Shown: positions 48,728 to 59,071 of the stretch, piece by piece
How positions within the stretch are numbered: the first letter of the stretch is position 1
How the letters are laid out: each line of letters starts with the position of its first letter
Source of the DNA: Candidatus Latescibacterota bacterium
GTDB lineage: Bacteria > Latescibacterota > UBA2968 > UBA8231
Assembly: GCA_965215195.1 (NCBI GenBank)
Contig: CBDCDC010000002.1
Span: 3,744,001 to 3,808,000 of the forward strand
Direction of reading: 5' to 3'
Length of the DNA: 64,000 bases
The notes under the pieces: generated by a model
What the model saw: the letters and a program-made list of their open reading frames with translations, nothing else
The model's database searches: none
What the model was told of the DNA's origin: nothing
Made by a program: the position numbers and the translations under genes

Positions 48728-49948
48728 CTAGGCCTCGAATGGCACCAGCCAATCCTCCTCGATCCCGAGGTCAAAACCCGGTCCCCGCGGCACAAATTCC
48801 AGATAGCTGTCTTGGGGGACCAGTGCCCCCGGCTCGGCTACTTCCTCCAGCGGAATCCCCGGATCCGAGCCGATGTAGTATTCGCCCCAAGGCGTGTTGG
48901 GCATCGCCCAAGTCAAGTGCTGGCCATAGGGGTCGCGCCCTCCGCCGTGGAGGCAGACTTCAAGGCCAGCGGCCTCGGCCATGTGGCAGATTTTGATACA
49001 GGCGGTCAGCCCGCCGACCCAGTGGATATCGGGCTGTAGCACGTCGAGGGCGCGGTGCTCAATTATCTGCTGGTAGGGGTAGTGCGTGTAGAAGTGTTCG
49101 CCGCTGGCCAGCGTTTGCCAAGGCAGGCGCTCTTTGAGGTCGATATGGCTTTTGACGTCTTCGGGGATTAGGCACTCCTCCAGCCAGCGCAACTTGTAGG
49201 GTCTGAGGCGCTCGGCTAGGCGGACGCTGTATTCGACGTCCAAGGCCATGTAGCAGTCGAGCATGAGCTCGCAGTCGGCGCCGATCAAGGCGCGGACTTG
49301 GGCCACCCGCCGCTCGTTTTGCTCTAAACCCCACAGGCCGTCGGCCGGGCCGTACTGGCAGGGCAGTTTGAAGGCGCGGAAGCCCAGCTCTCGATACCAA
49401 TCGACGTCGTCGCCGGTGGCATAGGTGAAGATCCGCTCGCGGGCCGGGCCGCCGAGGAGCTGGTACACGGGCTTTTGTTGCAGCTTGCCGGCCAGATCCC
49501 ACAGCGCTAGGTCCACGGCGCTGATGGCGACGGTGGCGATGCCGACCGTGCCGAAGGGTTTAGAGACGCGGAACATCATATCCCACAGCTTGTCGATGGC
49601 CAAGCAGTCCTCGCCTGTGAGGATATGGGCGAAAGCGTCCTCGACGACCGCGGCGGCTGGCCGACCCGCGGCCGTGCCGAGGCCCCAAGTGCTGTCCTCG
49701 GCCGTGACTTTGACCGCAAAGCCGGGCCATTGCCGGGCGGCGTAGAGCTGGCGACGGGGCTTGAAGCGCGGAAAGCGCGACATGGGGTTGGCCACTTCAA
49801 TTTCGGTGGGCCAAGCCCTGCGGCGGGGTTGGCTCTGCTGGGCGGGGGCTGTCGCAGCGGAGAGCGTCGAGCCAGCTTGGGAACGGGCACTGAGCGAAGG
49901 CCCGTCGGGGCGTTGGATGCGGACGAGGTCGATGGATTTGATTTTCAT
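48728..49948 (-). CDS. Mandelate racemase/enolase family sugar-acid dehydratase (L-rhamnonate dehydratase RhmD-like)
   Basis: ANPMSRFP, AISAVDLALWDL.GK...PVYQLLGG, LMLDCYM, WLEECL, GEH, LQPDI.WVGG. Confidence 0.85.
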   Translation of the reverse strand: MKIKSIDLVRIQRPDGPSLSARSQAGSTLSAATAPAQQSQPRRRAWPTEIEVANPMSRFPRFKPRRQLYAARQWPGFAVKVTAEDSTWGLGTAAGRPAAAVVEDAFAHILTGEDCLAIDKLWDMMFRVSKPFGTVGIATVAISAVDLALWDLAGKLQQKPVYQLLGGPARERIFTYATGDDVDWYRELGFRAFKLPCQYGPADGLWGLEQNERRVAQVRALIGADCELMLDCYMALDVEYSVRLAERLRPYKLRWLEECLIPEDVKSHIDLKERLPWQTLASGEHFYTHYPYQQIIEHRALDVLQPDIHWVGGLTACIKICHMAEAAGLEVCLHGGGRDPYGQHLTWAMPNTPWGEYYIGSDPGIPLEEVAEPGALVPQDSYLEFVPRGPGFDLGIEEDWLVPFEA

Positions 49949-50121
49949 TGGAGTAATCGCGGTTTGCGTTGTTGCGGGTGGTTCTCATCCTCGCCCACCA
50001 CATCAATCAAATCGTCCAGTACAGCCACAAGCTGTTGATATTCGCTCTCTGCATGAGGAACGAACACAACAGGAGTCAGCATGGGCCATATATCTTGAGC
50101 GGTTTGTATTTCTGCTTCCAT
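49945..50121 (-). pseudogene. Truncated HigA-like antitoxin N-terminal remnant
   Basis: MEAEIQTAQDIWPMLTPVVFVPHAESEYQQLVAVLDDLIDVVGEDENHP then diverges; AT-richer than neighbours. Confidence 0.55.
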
Positions 50122-50165
50122 AGCAAAGCAAAGTCGGCGGATTAATGCGCTACGCTTATCGCCTG

Positions 50166-51203
50166 TTACCCGTTTCCGCCCCACGCTAGGGCCTCGGCTT
50201 CGGCTGCCGACAGGGTGAGATCGGCTTCTGCGGTGGCTGGCTCTTGCCACGCGGCGAGCAGATCGGCCAACTCGGTCAAGGAAGTGGTTGTCAGCAGGCG
50301 GCGGCGCAACTCGGAGGCGCGGGGCAGGCTCTTGAAGTAGAGCGCGAGGTGCTTGCGCGTCTCGCGGACGCCAGCGCGCTCGCCTTTGTACGCGGCCATC
50401 AGGCGCAGCTGCTCCAGCGCCAAGTTGATGCGCTCGGCGAGGGTTGCGCCGCTGCGGCCGGAAAAGAGCCAGGGATTGGCTAGGGCCGCCCGCCCGATCA
50501 TGACCGCGGCACAGCCTGTTTCCCGCTGCATGAGGCGGGCGTCGTCGAGGGTGAGCACGTCGCCGTTGCCGATGATGGGCAGCGAAGAGGCTGCAACCGC
50601 ACGGCCGATCCAATGCCAGTTGGCCCGGCCCTTGTATTTTTGCGCAACGGTGCGGGCGTGGATGGCCACTGCTTGGGCCCCGGCGTCCTCGCAGCGGCGC
50701 ACCACTTCGAGGATATTGATCTGGTCGTCGTCCCAGCCGAGGCGCGTCTTGACGATGACCGGAACCGCGACGGCCTTGACCGTGCGCTCAACAGCCTGAT
50801 AGAGCCGATCGAGATCGCGCAAATAAGCCGCGCCGCAGCCTTTGGCGACGATCTTGGGCACGGAACATCCAAAGTTGATGTCCACCACCTGCGCCCCGCG
50901 CCGCTCAAATTCCCGCGCCCCATTGGCGATCAGGTCGATGTCGTTGCCGTAGATTTGCGCGGCCAACAGCGAGATGCCGGTGTCGGCGTAGATTTGCGCG
51001 TCGGAAAAGTCGAGCATCTGCAAGCTTCTGCGCGAGCGGATGCCGATGGCGCGGCAGTTGATAAATTCAACCCCGACCAGCCGCGCCCCGAGGCGCGCAC
51101 AGATAAGGCGAAAGACCCAGTTGCTCACCCCAGCCATCGGAGCTAAGGTGAGGATGGGCATATCTTCCGTGAAGGGCTTGAGCTGGTGAGGGCCGATCTG
51201 CAT
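50166..51203 (-). CDS. dusB: tRNA-dihydrouridine synthase (DusB-like)
   Basis: LAPMAGVS, DINFGC, VKTRLGWD, IHART, IGNGDV, VMIGRAALANPWLF. Confidence 0.9.
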   Translation of the reverse strand: MQIGPHQLKPFTEDMPILTLAPMAGVSNWVFRLICARLGARLVGVEFINCRAIGIRSRRSLQMLDFSDAQIYADTGISLLAAQIYGNDIDLIANGAREFERRGAQVVDINFGCSVPKIVAKGCGAAYLRDLDRLYQAVERTVKAVAVPVIVKTRLGWDDDQINILEVVRRCEDAGAQAVAIHARTVAQKYKGRANWHWIGRAVAASSLPIIGNGDVLTLDDARLMQRETGCAAVMIGRAALANPWLFSGRSGATLAERINLALEQLRLMAAYKGERAGVRETRKHLALYFKSLPRASELRRRLLTTTSLTELADLLAAWQEPATAEADLTLSAAEAEALAWGGNG

Positions 51204-51356
51204 GTTGGAAATTGGGAATTAGAAGCTGTTGAGTTCGGCGGAAAAGGGCTGATTTGATTTGTAGGTCCGCTGGGTGCTGAAAGCCCCGTAAAATCGCCCG
51301 ATAGTAGCGATTCGTTTTCTTGCGAATTGCGAGATTTCCAATTCCTAACTCTCAGG

Positions 51357-51683
51357 TCATGTGGGTCGGGGGTTAGCCTGTAGCCGGGCGGCAATGGCCT
51401 TTTCTCGCTCGGCTTCGGGGATCATGCCTTTGCGCTGGTAGAACATGGAGAGGCTGGTGTGGACGAGGAAGTCGTCGGGGGCGTGCTCCGCGGCCTTTTG
51501 CGCCGCGCTGAGGGCTTGGTCGAGATCGCCCAACTTCTCGTGGCAGTGCGCCATCGCTTGGTAGGCGTCGGCAAATTGCGGGTCGAGCCCAATGGCTTGG
51601 GCCAAATCGTCCAAGGCACCGGCAAAGTCTTGGTGGGCGAATTTGTTCATGCCGCTCTTGTAGAGGGCCATTTTGTTGGTCAT
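51357..51683 (-). CDS. Small TPR protein
   Basis: Start MTNKMALYKSG; 2-3 TPRs; HTSLSMFYQRKGMIPEAE. Confidence 0.8.
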   Translation of the reverse strand: MTNKMALYKSGMNKFAHQDFAGALDDLAQAIGLDPQFADAYQAMAHCHEKLGDLDQALSAAQKAAEHAPDDFLVHTSLSMFYQRKGMIPEAEREKAIAARLQANPRPT

Positions 51684-51767
51684 GGCGTGGGTCCTTGTTG
51701 GCGGTACATAGTCAGAAAGTAGCGCAAAGTGGTATATTGCTGCAAACCGGCAAACAAAGGAGGAGCC

Positions 51768-52862
51768 ATGTTGCACTGGGCTGTATTGGGCGCGGCCTTG
51801 CTGGCCGCTGTCGCCGAGGGGCAATCGCGCTTTGACATTGACTACGTAGAGAGCATTGAGCCGCGGACCTATGTGGCGCAGCGCACGGCCGGGGCCATCG
51901 ACATCAACGGCAATCTCGACGAGCCGTCTTGGCAGCGGGCGGATTGGACCGCGCCTTTCGTGGATATCGAGGGCGAGCGCCGGCCGCTGCCGCGCCTACA
52001 GACGCGGGCCAAGATCTTGTGGGACGACGAGTACCTGTATATAGCTGCCGATTTGGAGGAGCCGCACGTGTGGGCTACCATCGCTAGGCGCGACGCGACG
52101 ATTTACCAAGAAAACGACTTTGAGGTCTTTATCGACCCAGACGGCGATACGCATCAGTACTACGAATTCGAGATCAATGCCCTCGGCACGGAGTGGGATT
52201 TGTTGATGGTCAAGCCCTACCGCGACGGCGGCCCCTTCATCAGCGCTTGGGACATCGCCGGCCTGCAAACAGCCGTGCGCGTGTGGGGCAGCATCAACGA
52301 CCCCAGCGACGAAGACGAGGGCTGGTCCGTGGAGATGGCCTTTCCGTGGGCCGTACTGGCCGAGGCCACGCACAAGAAGGTGCCGCCCGCGGAGGGCGAT
52401 CAATGGCGGATCAACTTTTCGCGGGTGCAATGGGCCGTGGCCAACGATGCGGGCAAGTACGTCAAAGTAGAGGGCCGCAGCCCGGACAACTGGGTCTGGT
52501 CGCCGCAGGGGCTGGTCGATATGCACTACCCGGAAAAGTGGGGGTTCGTGCAGTTTGCCGCCGAGGTCGTCGGGCGGCCAAAGACGCCCTTTCGCCCGGC
52601 CGCTGCCGAGGCGGCCAAGCAGGTCTTGCGCGGGATCTACTACCGCCAGCAGAGCTTTCGCCGCGAGCGCGGTCGCTATGCGTCCAGCTTGGACTCGCTC
52701 GGCATGGAGGCTCGGGTCTTGCAGCACTTTAGCTGGCCGCCGGTCATCCAAGTGACCGACCACCAGTTTGAGGCGCAGCTAGAGGAAGCCTCGGACTTGG
52801 ACGCAGACGGCGCGATCAACCGCTGGCTCATCCGCGCAGACTCGCGCACTTGGCGCGATTAG
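51768..52862 (+). CDS. Carbohydrate-binding family 9-like (DOMON/CBM9) secreted protein
   Basis: IDINGNLDEPSW, LWDDEYLY, NDFEVFIDPDGD, WSVEMAFPW, WRINFSRVQW, WVWSPQG..MH.PE.WG; AGGAG RBS. Confidence 0.88.
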   Translation: MLHWAVLGAALLAAVAEGQSRFDIDYVESIEPRTYVAQRTAGAIDINGNLDEPSWQRADWTAPFVDIEGERRPLPRLQTRAKILWDDEYLYIAADLEEPHVWATIARRDATIYQENDFEVFIDPDGDTHQYYEFEINALGTEWDLLMVKPYRDGGPFISAWDIAGLQTAVRVWGSINDPSDEDEGWSVEMAFPWAVLAEATHKKVPPAEGDQWRINFSRVQWAVANDAGKYVKVEGRSPDNWVWSPQGLVDMHYPEKWGFVQFAAEVVGRPKTPFRPAAAEAAKQVLRGIYYRQQSFRRERGRYASSLDSLGMEARVLQHFSWPPVIQVTDHQFEAQLEEASDLDADGAINRWLIRADSRTWRD

Positions 52863-52876
52863 GGCCGGTCGCAAAA

Positions 52877-52905
52877 TTGCTCCGCCAGCGAAATCGCCCT
52901 ATAAT
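52877..52905 (+). promoter_or_regulatory. Sigma70-type promoter of sodN
   Basis: TTGCTC-17 nt-TATAAT upstream of AAGGAG RBS. Confidence 0.6.
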
Positions 52906-52947
52906 GCCTTGCCTATATCCACGAACCATTTCGCCAAGGAGGCCCTT

Positions 52948-53406
52948 GTGAAGAACGGAAAATTGATGCTCCTGCTCGCCTGTTGTCTTTTGGCCGCGGC
53001 CGCGCCCCTGTTGGCGCACTGCGAGATTCCCTGCGGCGTTTATGGGGATGAGGCGCGTTTTGCCGCGATTGAGGAAGATCTGACGACCATTGAGAAGTCC
53101 ATGGCGCAGATCGCGGCACTGGCCGGACAAAGCGACGCCCAAAGCGCGAATCAGCTAGCGCGGTGGGTGGCGAACAAGGAAGAGCACGCCAACAAAATCC
53201 AGCATGTCGTCGCCCAGTACTTTATGACGCAGCGGCTCAAGGAGGTGGAAGAAGGAGACGAGGCTATGGCCGCATATACCGGCAAGCTGGTGCTTTTGCA
53301 CAAGATGCTGCGGGGGGCCATGAAGTGCAAGCAGACGGTGGATGTGGAGCAGGTCGAGAAGATGCGGGCCTTGTTGCACGAGTTTAAGCACGCCTATCAA
53401 AACTGA
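52948..53406 (+). CDS. sodN: Nickel superoxide dismutase precursor with Sec-type signal peptide
   Basis: Ni-hook HCEIPCGVY directly after hydrophobic leader ending LLA; RWVANKEEHA; GTG start after AAGGAG. Confidence 0.92.
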   Translation: MKNGKLMLLLACCLLAAAAPLLAHCEIPCGVYGDEARFAAIEEDLTTIEKSMAQIAALAGQSDAQSANQLARWVANKEEHANKIQHVVAQYFMTQRLKEVEEGDEAMAAYTGKLVLLHKMLRGAMKCKQTVDVEQVEKMRALLHEFKHAYQN

Positions 53407-53430
53407 CGCATTGCCAAGTCTCGCTGGCGA

Positions 53431-53470
53431 AAGCCCCGTCTCCCGTCGTGGAGATGGGGCTTTTTTGTTT
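53431..53470. terminator. Intrinsic terminator between convergent genes
   Basis: AAGCCCCGTCTCC-6 nt-GGAGATGGGGCTT stem followed by a T run. Confidence 0.85.
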
Positions 53471-56400
53471 TAGCGGACGAGGACGAGCTTGGCGTAGCGC
53501 GGGGGGCCATGGGCGACGCAGAAGCGGGCGAAGTACGGGCCGGTGGCAGCCGCATGGCCGCGTTCGTCTCGGCCATCCCATAGGCTCCGGTGGACGCCGG
53601 GGTGGAGCGGTGCTTCTACGAGCGTACGCACGCGTTGGCCTTGGACGTTGTAGATAGCCAAGGAGACGGATGCAGCATGGCTGAGGTGGAAGCTGAGGTG
53701 GGCGGTTGCGTTGAAGGGGTTGGGCCAAACTTGGAGCGATGTTGCAGATGCCATTGCAGGGATTTTGGACGCTGGTTCGGGTGGCGTGTCTGTGGCTCGT
53801 CCGGGTGAAAAGGGAGCCTCGTTCAGGGAGGCGGTTTTGTGCGGGACAAACGCGCCGCCGGCCGGTGGCGAGCGCACGATAGACTGGTCTTTGGGCCAAG
53901 TGGCGTCCGAGACGCTGGCGACCTCAGTGCCGGTGTCGTCGATGAGGCGAATGTCCTCGCCGCTGTTGGTCAGTCCGTTGCCAATGCGTCCGTCGTCCGT
54001 ATAGACCGGGACGGTGAATCCCGACGGAGTGCCGCCGCCGAAGAGGACGACGTACGAGCCGGGGGCAATGACGGCGTCGGGCGGAAAGCGGAAGTAGGTG
54101 TCCGGCGCGGTGCTGTCGCCCAACCGCCAGCCGGCGAGGGAGAGGGTGTCTTGGCCGGCGTTGTACAGTTCGACGAATTCGTCTTCATATCCATTGCGCT
54201 GGCCATCTTGGTTGGCGTCGCCGGCCGCACCCGCAGGCGGATCGGCCAGCACTTCGCTGATGAAGAGGGTGGGGCCGGGCGGTTTTGGCGTGTCTGTGGC
54301 TCGTCCGGGTGAAAAGGGTGCCTCGCTCAGGGAGGCGGTTTTGTGCGGGACAAACGCGCCGCCGTTGGGTGGTGTGCGGACGATAGACTGGTCTTGGGGC
54401 CAAGTGTCGTGCAAGACGCTGGCGACCAGATCGCCGGTGCCGTCGATCAGGTAAATGGCTTCGCCGCTGTTGGTCAGCCCGTTGCCAATGCGTCCGTCAT
54501 CCGTATAGACCGGGACGGTGAACCCCGACGGAGTGCCGCCGCCGAAGAGGACGACGTACGAGCGAGGGGCAATGACGGCGTTGCGCGGGAAGTAGAAGTA
54601 AGAAAACAGTGACGCAGCGTCGCCCAAGCGCCAGCCGCTTAGGTCGATGGGTGTTGAACCGGCGTTGTACAGTTCGATGAATTCGTCTTCATATGGGTCG
54701 CGCTGGCCGTCTCGATTGGCGTCGCCAGCCGGGTCGGCGAGCACTTCGCTGATAAAGAGGGCGTAGTCCGGTTTGGGGACGGGCGGCGTTTTTTCTTTTT
54801 TGGTTTCGTCTGCGTTTCTGGGGCGATTCCGGGTGAAAAAGGGGCCTCACTCGGCGAGACGGTTTTGTGCGGGACAAAGGCTTCCTCGTCCGGTGGCGTA
54901 CTGACGATAGACTGGTCGTCGGGCCAAGTGGCTTGAGAGAGGAAGGCGATCTCATCGCCATGGTCGTCGATCAGGTGGATAGACTCGCCGCTGTTGGTCA
55001 GGCCATCGCCGATAGTTCCGTCGTCGGTATAGACGGGAATGGCAAACCCCGACGGGCGGCCGCCGCCGAAGAGGACGACGTACGAGTCGGGTTCAATGAT
55101 CGCGTCGCGTGGAAAGCGGAAGTAATCGCTCAGGGAGCCAGCGTCGCCCAACCGCCAGCCAGCTAGGGAGATGGGAACGGGGCCGGCATTGTACAGTTCG
55201 ATGAATTCGTCTTGATGTGGATCGCGCCGGCCGTCTCGATTGGCGTCGCCAGCCAAACCCTCGGGGGGATCGGCGAGCACTTCGCTGATGAAGAGGTCGT
55301 AGATCAAGATAGGCCGCGTTTTGGGGGCGTGGCCGGGGGAAAAGGGGGCCTCACTCGGCGAGACGGTTTTGTGCGGGACAAGTGCTCGGCCATCCGATGG
55401 GGTGCGGACGAGGGACTGGGTGTCGGGCCAAGTGGCTTGGAAGAGGGACGCGGCCTCATTGCCATGGTCATTGATCAGGTGGATGGACTCGCCGCTGTTG
55501 GTCAGGCCATTGCCAATGCGTCCGTCGTCGGTATAGACCGGGATGGTGAACCCCGACGGCCGGCCGCCGCCGAAGAGGATGACGTACGAGCGCGGAGCAA
55601 TGACTGCGTTGCGCGGAAAGCGGAAGTAATCGCTTATCGAATCAGCGTCGCCCAACCGCCAGCCGGCTAAGGAGATGGGAACAGGCCCGGCGTTGTACAG
55701 TTCGATGAATTCGTCTTCATATGGGTCGCACTGACCGTCTCGATTGGCGTCGCCAGCCGGGCCCTCGGGGGGATCGGCGAGCACTTCGCTGATGAAGAGG
55801 GAATAGGTGATGACGGGCCGCGTTTTTGGGGCGTGGCCGGGGGAAAAGGGCGCCTCACTTGGCGAGACCATTTTGTGCGGGACAAACGCGCTTCGCGCCG
55901 ATAGGATGCGGACGAGGGACTGGTCTTTGGGCCAATCGTCGTGCGAGACGACGGAGATCTCATGGCCGTTGTCGTCGGTCAGGCGAATGTCCTCGCCCTT
56001 GTTGGTCAGTCCGTTGCCAATGCGCCCGTCATCCGTATAGACCGGGACGGTGAATCCCGATGGAGTGCCGCCGCCAAAGAGGACGACGTACGAGCGAGGG
56101 GCAATGACGGCATCGGCTGGGAATCGGAAGTGGGTGTTCGGCGACCTGCTATCGCCCAAGCGCCAGCCGCTTAGGCTGATGGGTGTTGAACCGGCGTTGT
56201 ACAGTTCGACGAATTCGTCTTCATACCCGTCGCGCTGGCCGTCTCGATTGGCGTCGCCGGCTGCGCGGGAAGGCGGATCGGCCAGCACTTCGCTGATGAA
56301 GAGGTCGTAGGTAGGAGGCGGGCCGGACGATGTTTCGGGTGTTTCGGGTTTGGGCGTTTCGGGTGTTTCAGTTTCGACATCTATGGCGCGGCCGGGCGAA

Positions 56401-58919
56401 AAGGGTGTGCTGGTCGCCGAGGCCGTTTTGTGCGCGACCCATGTGTCGCTGTCGAGTGGATGGCGGACGAGGGACTGTTTGCTGGGCCAAGTGCCGTGCG
56501 AGACAACGGCGATCTCCGTGCCCGTGTCGTCGGTCAGGCGAATGTCCTCGCCGCCGTTGGTTAGTCCGTTGCCAATGCGTCCGTCGTCAGTATAGACCGG
56601 GACGGCGAATCCCGACGGAGTGCCGCCGCCAAAGAGGACGACGTATGAACTAGGATCGATGACGGCGTTGGGCGGGAATTGAAAGTGGGTGTCCGACGAC
56701 GCGCTGTCGCCCAAGCGCCAGCCGCTTAGGTCAATGGGACTTGAACCGGCGTTGTACAGTTCGACGAACTCGTCTTCATACCCGTCGCGCTGGCCGTCTT
56801 GGTTGGCGTCGCCGGCCGCACCCGCAGGCGGATCGGCCAGCACTTCGCTGATGACGAGGAGGTAGTCTGGGCTGGGGTTGGGCGGATCGACTGGCGGATC
56901 GACTGGCGGCTCGACCGGCGGCTCAATCGGTGGATCGACCGGCGGATCAATTGGCGGATCGACCGGCGGATCAATCGGCGGATCGACCGGCGGATCAATC
57001 GGTGGATCAATCGGTGGATCAATCGGCGGCTCAATCGGTGTTTCCGGTTCGGCATCTGTGGCGCGGCCGGGTGAAAAGGCGGCCCCGGTCGGCGAGGCGG
57101 TTTTGTGCGGGACAAAGGCTTCGCTGTCGAGTGGATGGCGGACGAGGGACTGGTCGTTGGGCCAAGTGCCGTGCGAGACAACGGCGATCTCCGTGCCCGT
57201 GTCGTCGGTCAGGCGAATGTCCTCGCCGCCGTTGGTTAGTCCGTTGCCAATGCGTCCGTCGTCAGTATAGACCGGGACGGCGAATCCCGACGGAGTGCCG
57301 CCGCCAAAGAGGACGACGTACGAACTAGGATCGATGACGGCGTTAGATGGGAATTGGAAGTGGGTGTCCGACGACGCGCTGTCGCCCAAGCGCCAGCCGC
57401 TTAGGTCAATGGGACTTGAACCGGCGTTGTACAGTTCGACGAACTCGTCTTCGTATGTATCGCGCTGGCCATCTTGGTTGGCGTCGCCGGCCGCACCCGC
57501 AGGCGGATCGGCCAGCACTTCGCTGATGACGAGGAGGTAGTCTGGGCTGGGGTTGGGCGGATCGACTGGCGGCTCGACCGGCGGCTCAATCGGTGGATCG
57601 ACCGGCGGATCAATTGGCGGATCAATCGGCGGATCGACCGGCGGATCAATCGGCGGCTCGACCGGCGGATCAATCGGTGGATCAATCGGTGGATCGACCG
57701 GCGGATCAATCGGCGTTTCCGGTTCGGCATCTGTGGCGCGGCCGGGCGAAAAGGGTGTGCTGGTCGGCGAGGCGGTTTTGTGCGCGACCCATGTGTCGCT
57801 GTCGAGTGGATGGCGGACGAGGGACTGGTCGTTGGGCCAAGTGCCGTGCGAGACGACAGCGATCTCCGTGCCCGTGTCGTCGGTCAGGCGAATGTCCTCG
57901 CCCTTGTTGGTCAGGCCGTTGCCGATGCGTCCGTCGTCAGTATAGACCGGGACAGCGAATCCCGACGGAGTGCCGCCGCCGAAGAGGACGACGTATGAAC
58001 CGGGATCGATGACGGCGTTAGATGGGAATTGGAAGTGGGTGTCCGACGACGCGCTATCGCCCAAGCGCCAGCCGCTTAGGTCGATGGGACTTGAACCGGC
58101 GTTGTACAGTTCGACGAACTCGTCTTCGTATGTATCGCGCTGGCCGTCTTGGTTGGCGTCGCCGGCCGCACCCGCAGGCGGATCGGCCAGCACTTCGCTG
58201 ATGACGAGGAGGTAATCTGGGCTGGGGTTGGGCGGATCGACCGGCGGCTCAATCGGTGGATCGACCGGCGGCTCAATCGGTGGATCGACCGGCGGCTCAA
58301 TCGGCGGATCGACCGGCGGCTCAATCGGTGGATCGACCGGCGGATCAACCGGTGGATCAATCGGTGGTTCCGGTTCGGCATCTGTGGCGCGTCCGGGCGA
58401 AAAGGCTGCTCCGGTCGGTGAGGCGGTTTTGTGCGCGACCCATGTGTCGCTGTCGAGTGGATGGCGGACGAGGGACTGGTCGTTGGGCCAAGTGCCGTGC
58501 GAGACGACAGCGATCTCCGTGCCCGTGTCGTCGGTCAGGCGAATGTCCTCGCCCTTGTTGGTCAGGCCGTTGCCGATGCGTCCGTCATCCGTATAGACCG
58601 GGACAGCGAATCCCGACGGAGTGCCGCCGCCAAAGAGGACGACGTATGAACCGGGATCGATGACGGCGTTGGGCGGGAATTGAAAGTGGGTGTCCGACGA
58701 CGCGCTGTCGCCCAAGCGCCAGCCGCTTAGGTCAATGGGACTTGAACCGGCGTTGTACAGTTCGACGAATTCGTCTTCATAGGTATCGCGCTGGCCGTCT
58801 TGGTTGGCGTCGCCGGCCGCACCCGCAGGCGGATCGGCCAGCACTTCGCTGATGACGACGTTGGCTTCGGCTAGGGACGCGAACCCAAGCAGAATGACGA
58901 GGGGCAGAAGACGGGCCAT
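53470..58919 (-). CDS. Lamin-tail-domain (LTD) repeat surface protein, 9 domains + T9SS-A-like CTD, split by a -1 frameshift at about 54795-54801
   Basis: Signal AEA|N; nine ISEVLADP...GDAN.DG...DEF(V/I)ELYN...GWRLGD repeats across ORFs 54639-58919 and 53470-54744; CTD PNPFN...WDGRD...KLVLVR. Confidence 0.85.
56881..58367 (-). repeat. Three tracts of 12-bp tandem repeats encoding PP(I/V)(D/E) linkers (~56881-57038, ~57556-57713, ~58231-58367) between near-identical LTD copies
   Basis: GGCGGATCGACC / GGTGGATCAATC / GGCGGCTCAATC units on + strand. Confidence 0.9.
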
Positions 58920-59071
58920 GCCCCTGCTTCTGCAAAAAGCGAGCCAAGCTGTCGGCTAGGCCGTTATTTCTTTAGGAACAAATGGTTACGCGAAGGTAGC
59001 GCACCTCCGCGCCCGGGGACAATGCCCCATTTGGGACACAGTGATGCAGACTGGGGGTAACGCTTCTCCCA

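Noticed and set aside
56881-58367. Tandem repeats as a possible CRISPR array or collagen/GGS antisense ORFs
   Set aside because: Contiguous 12-bp units with no unique spacers, in frame as PPxD linkers; the GGST/GGSI ORFs are just their antisense reading; no cas genes
53470-58919. Near-identical repeats as DGR template/variable regions
   Set aside because: No reverse transcriptase in the window and differences are not confined to adenines
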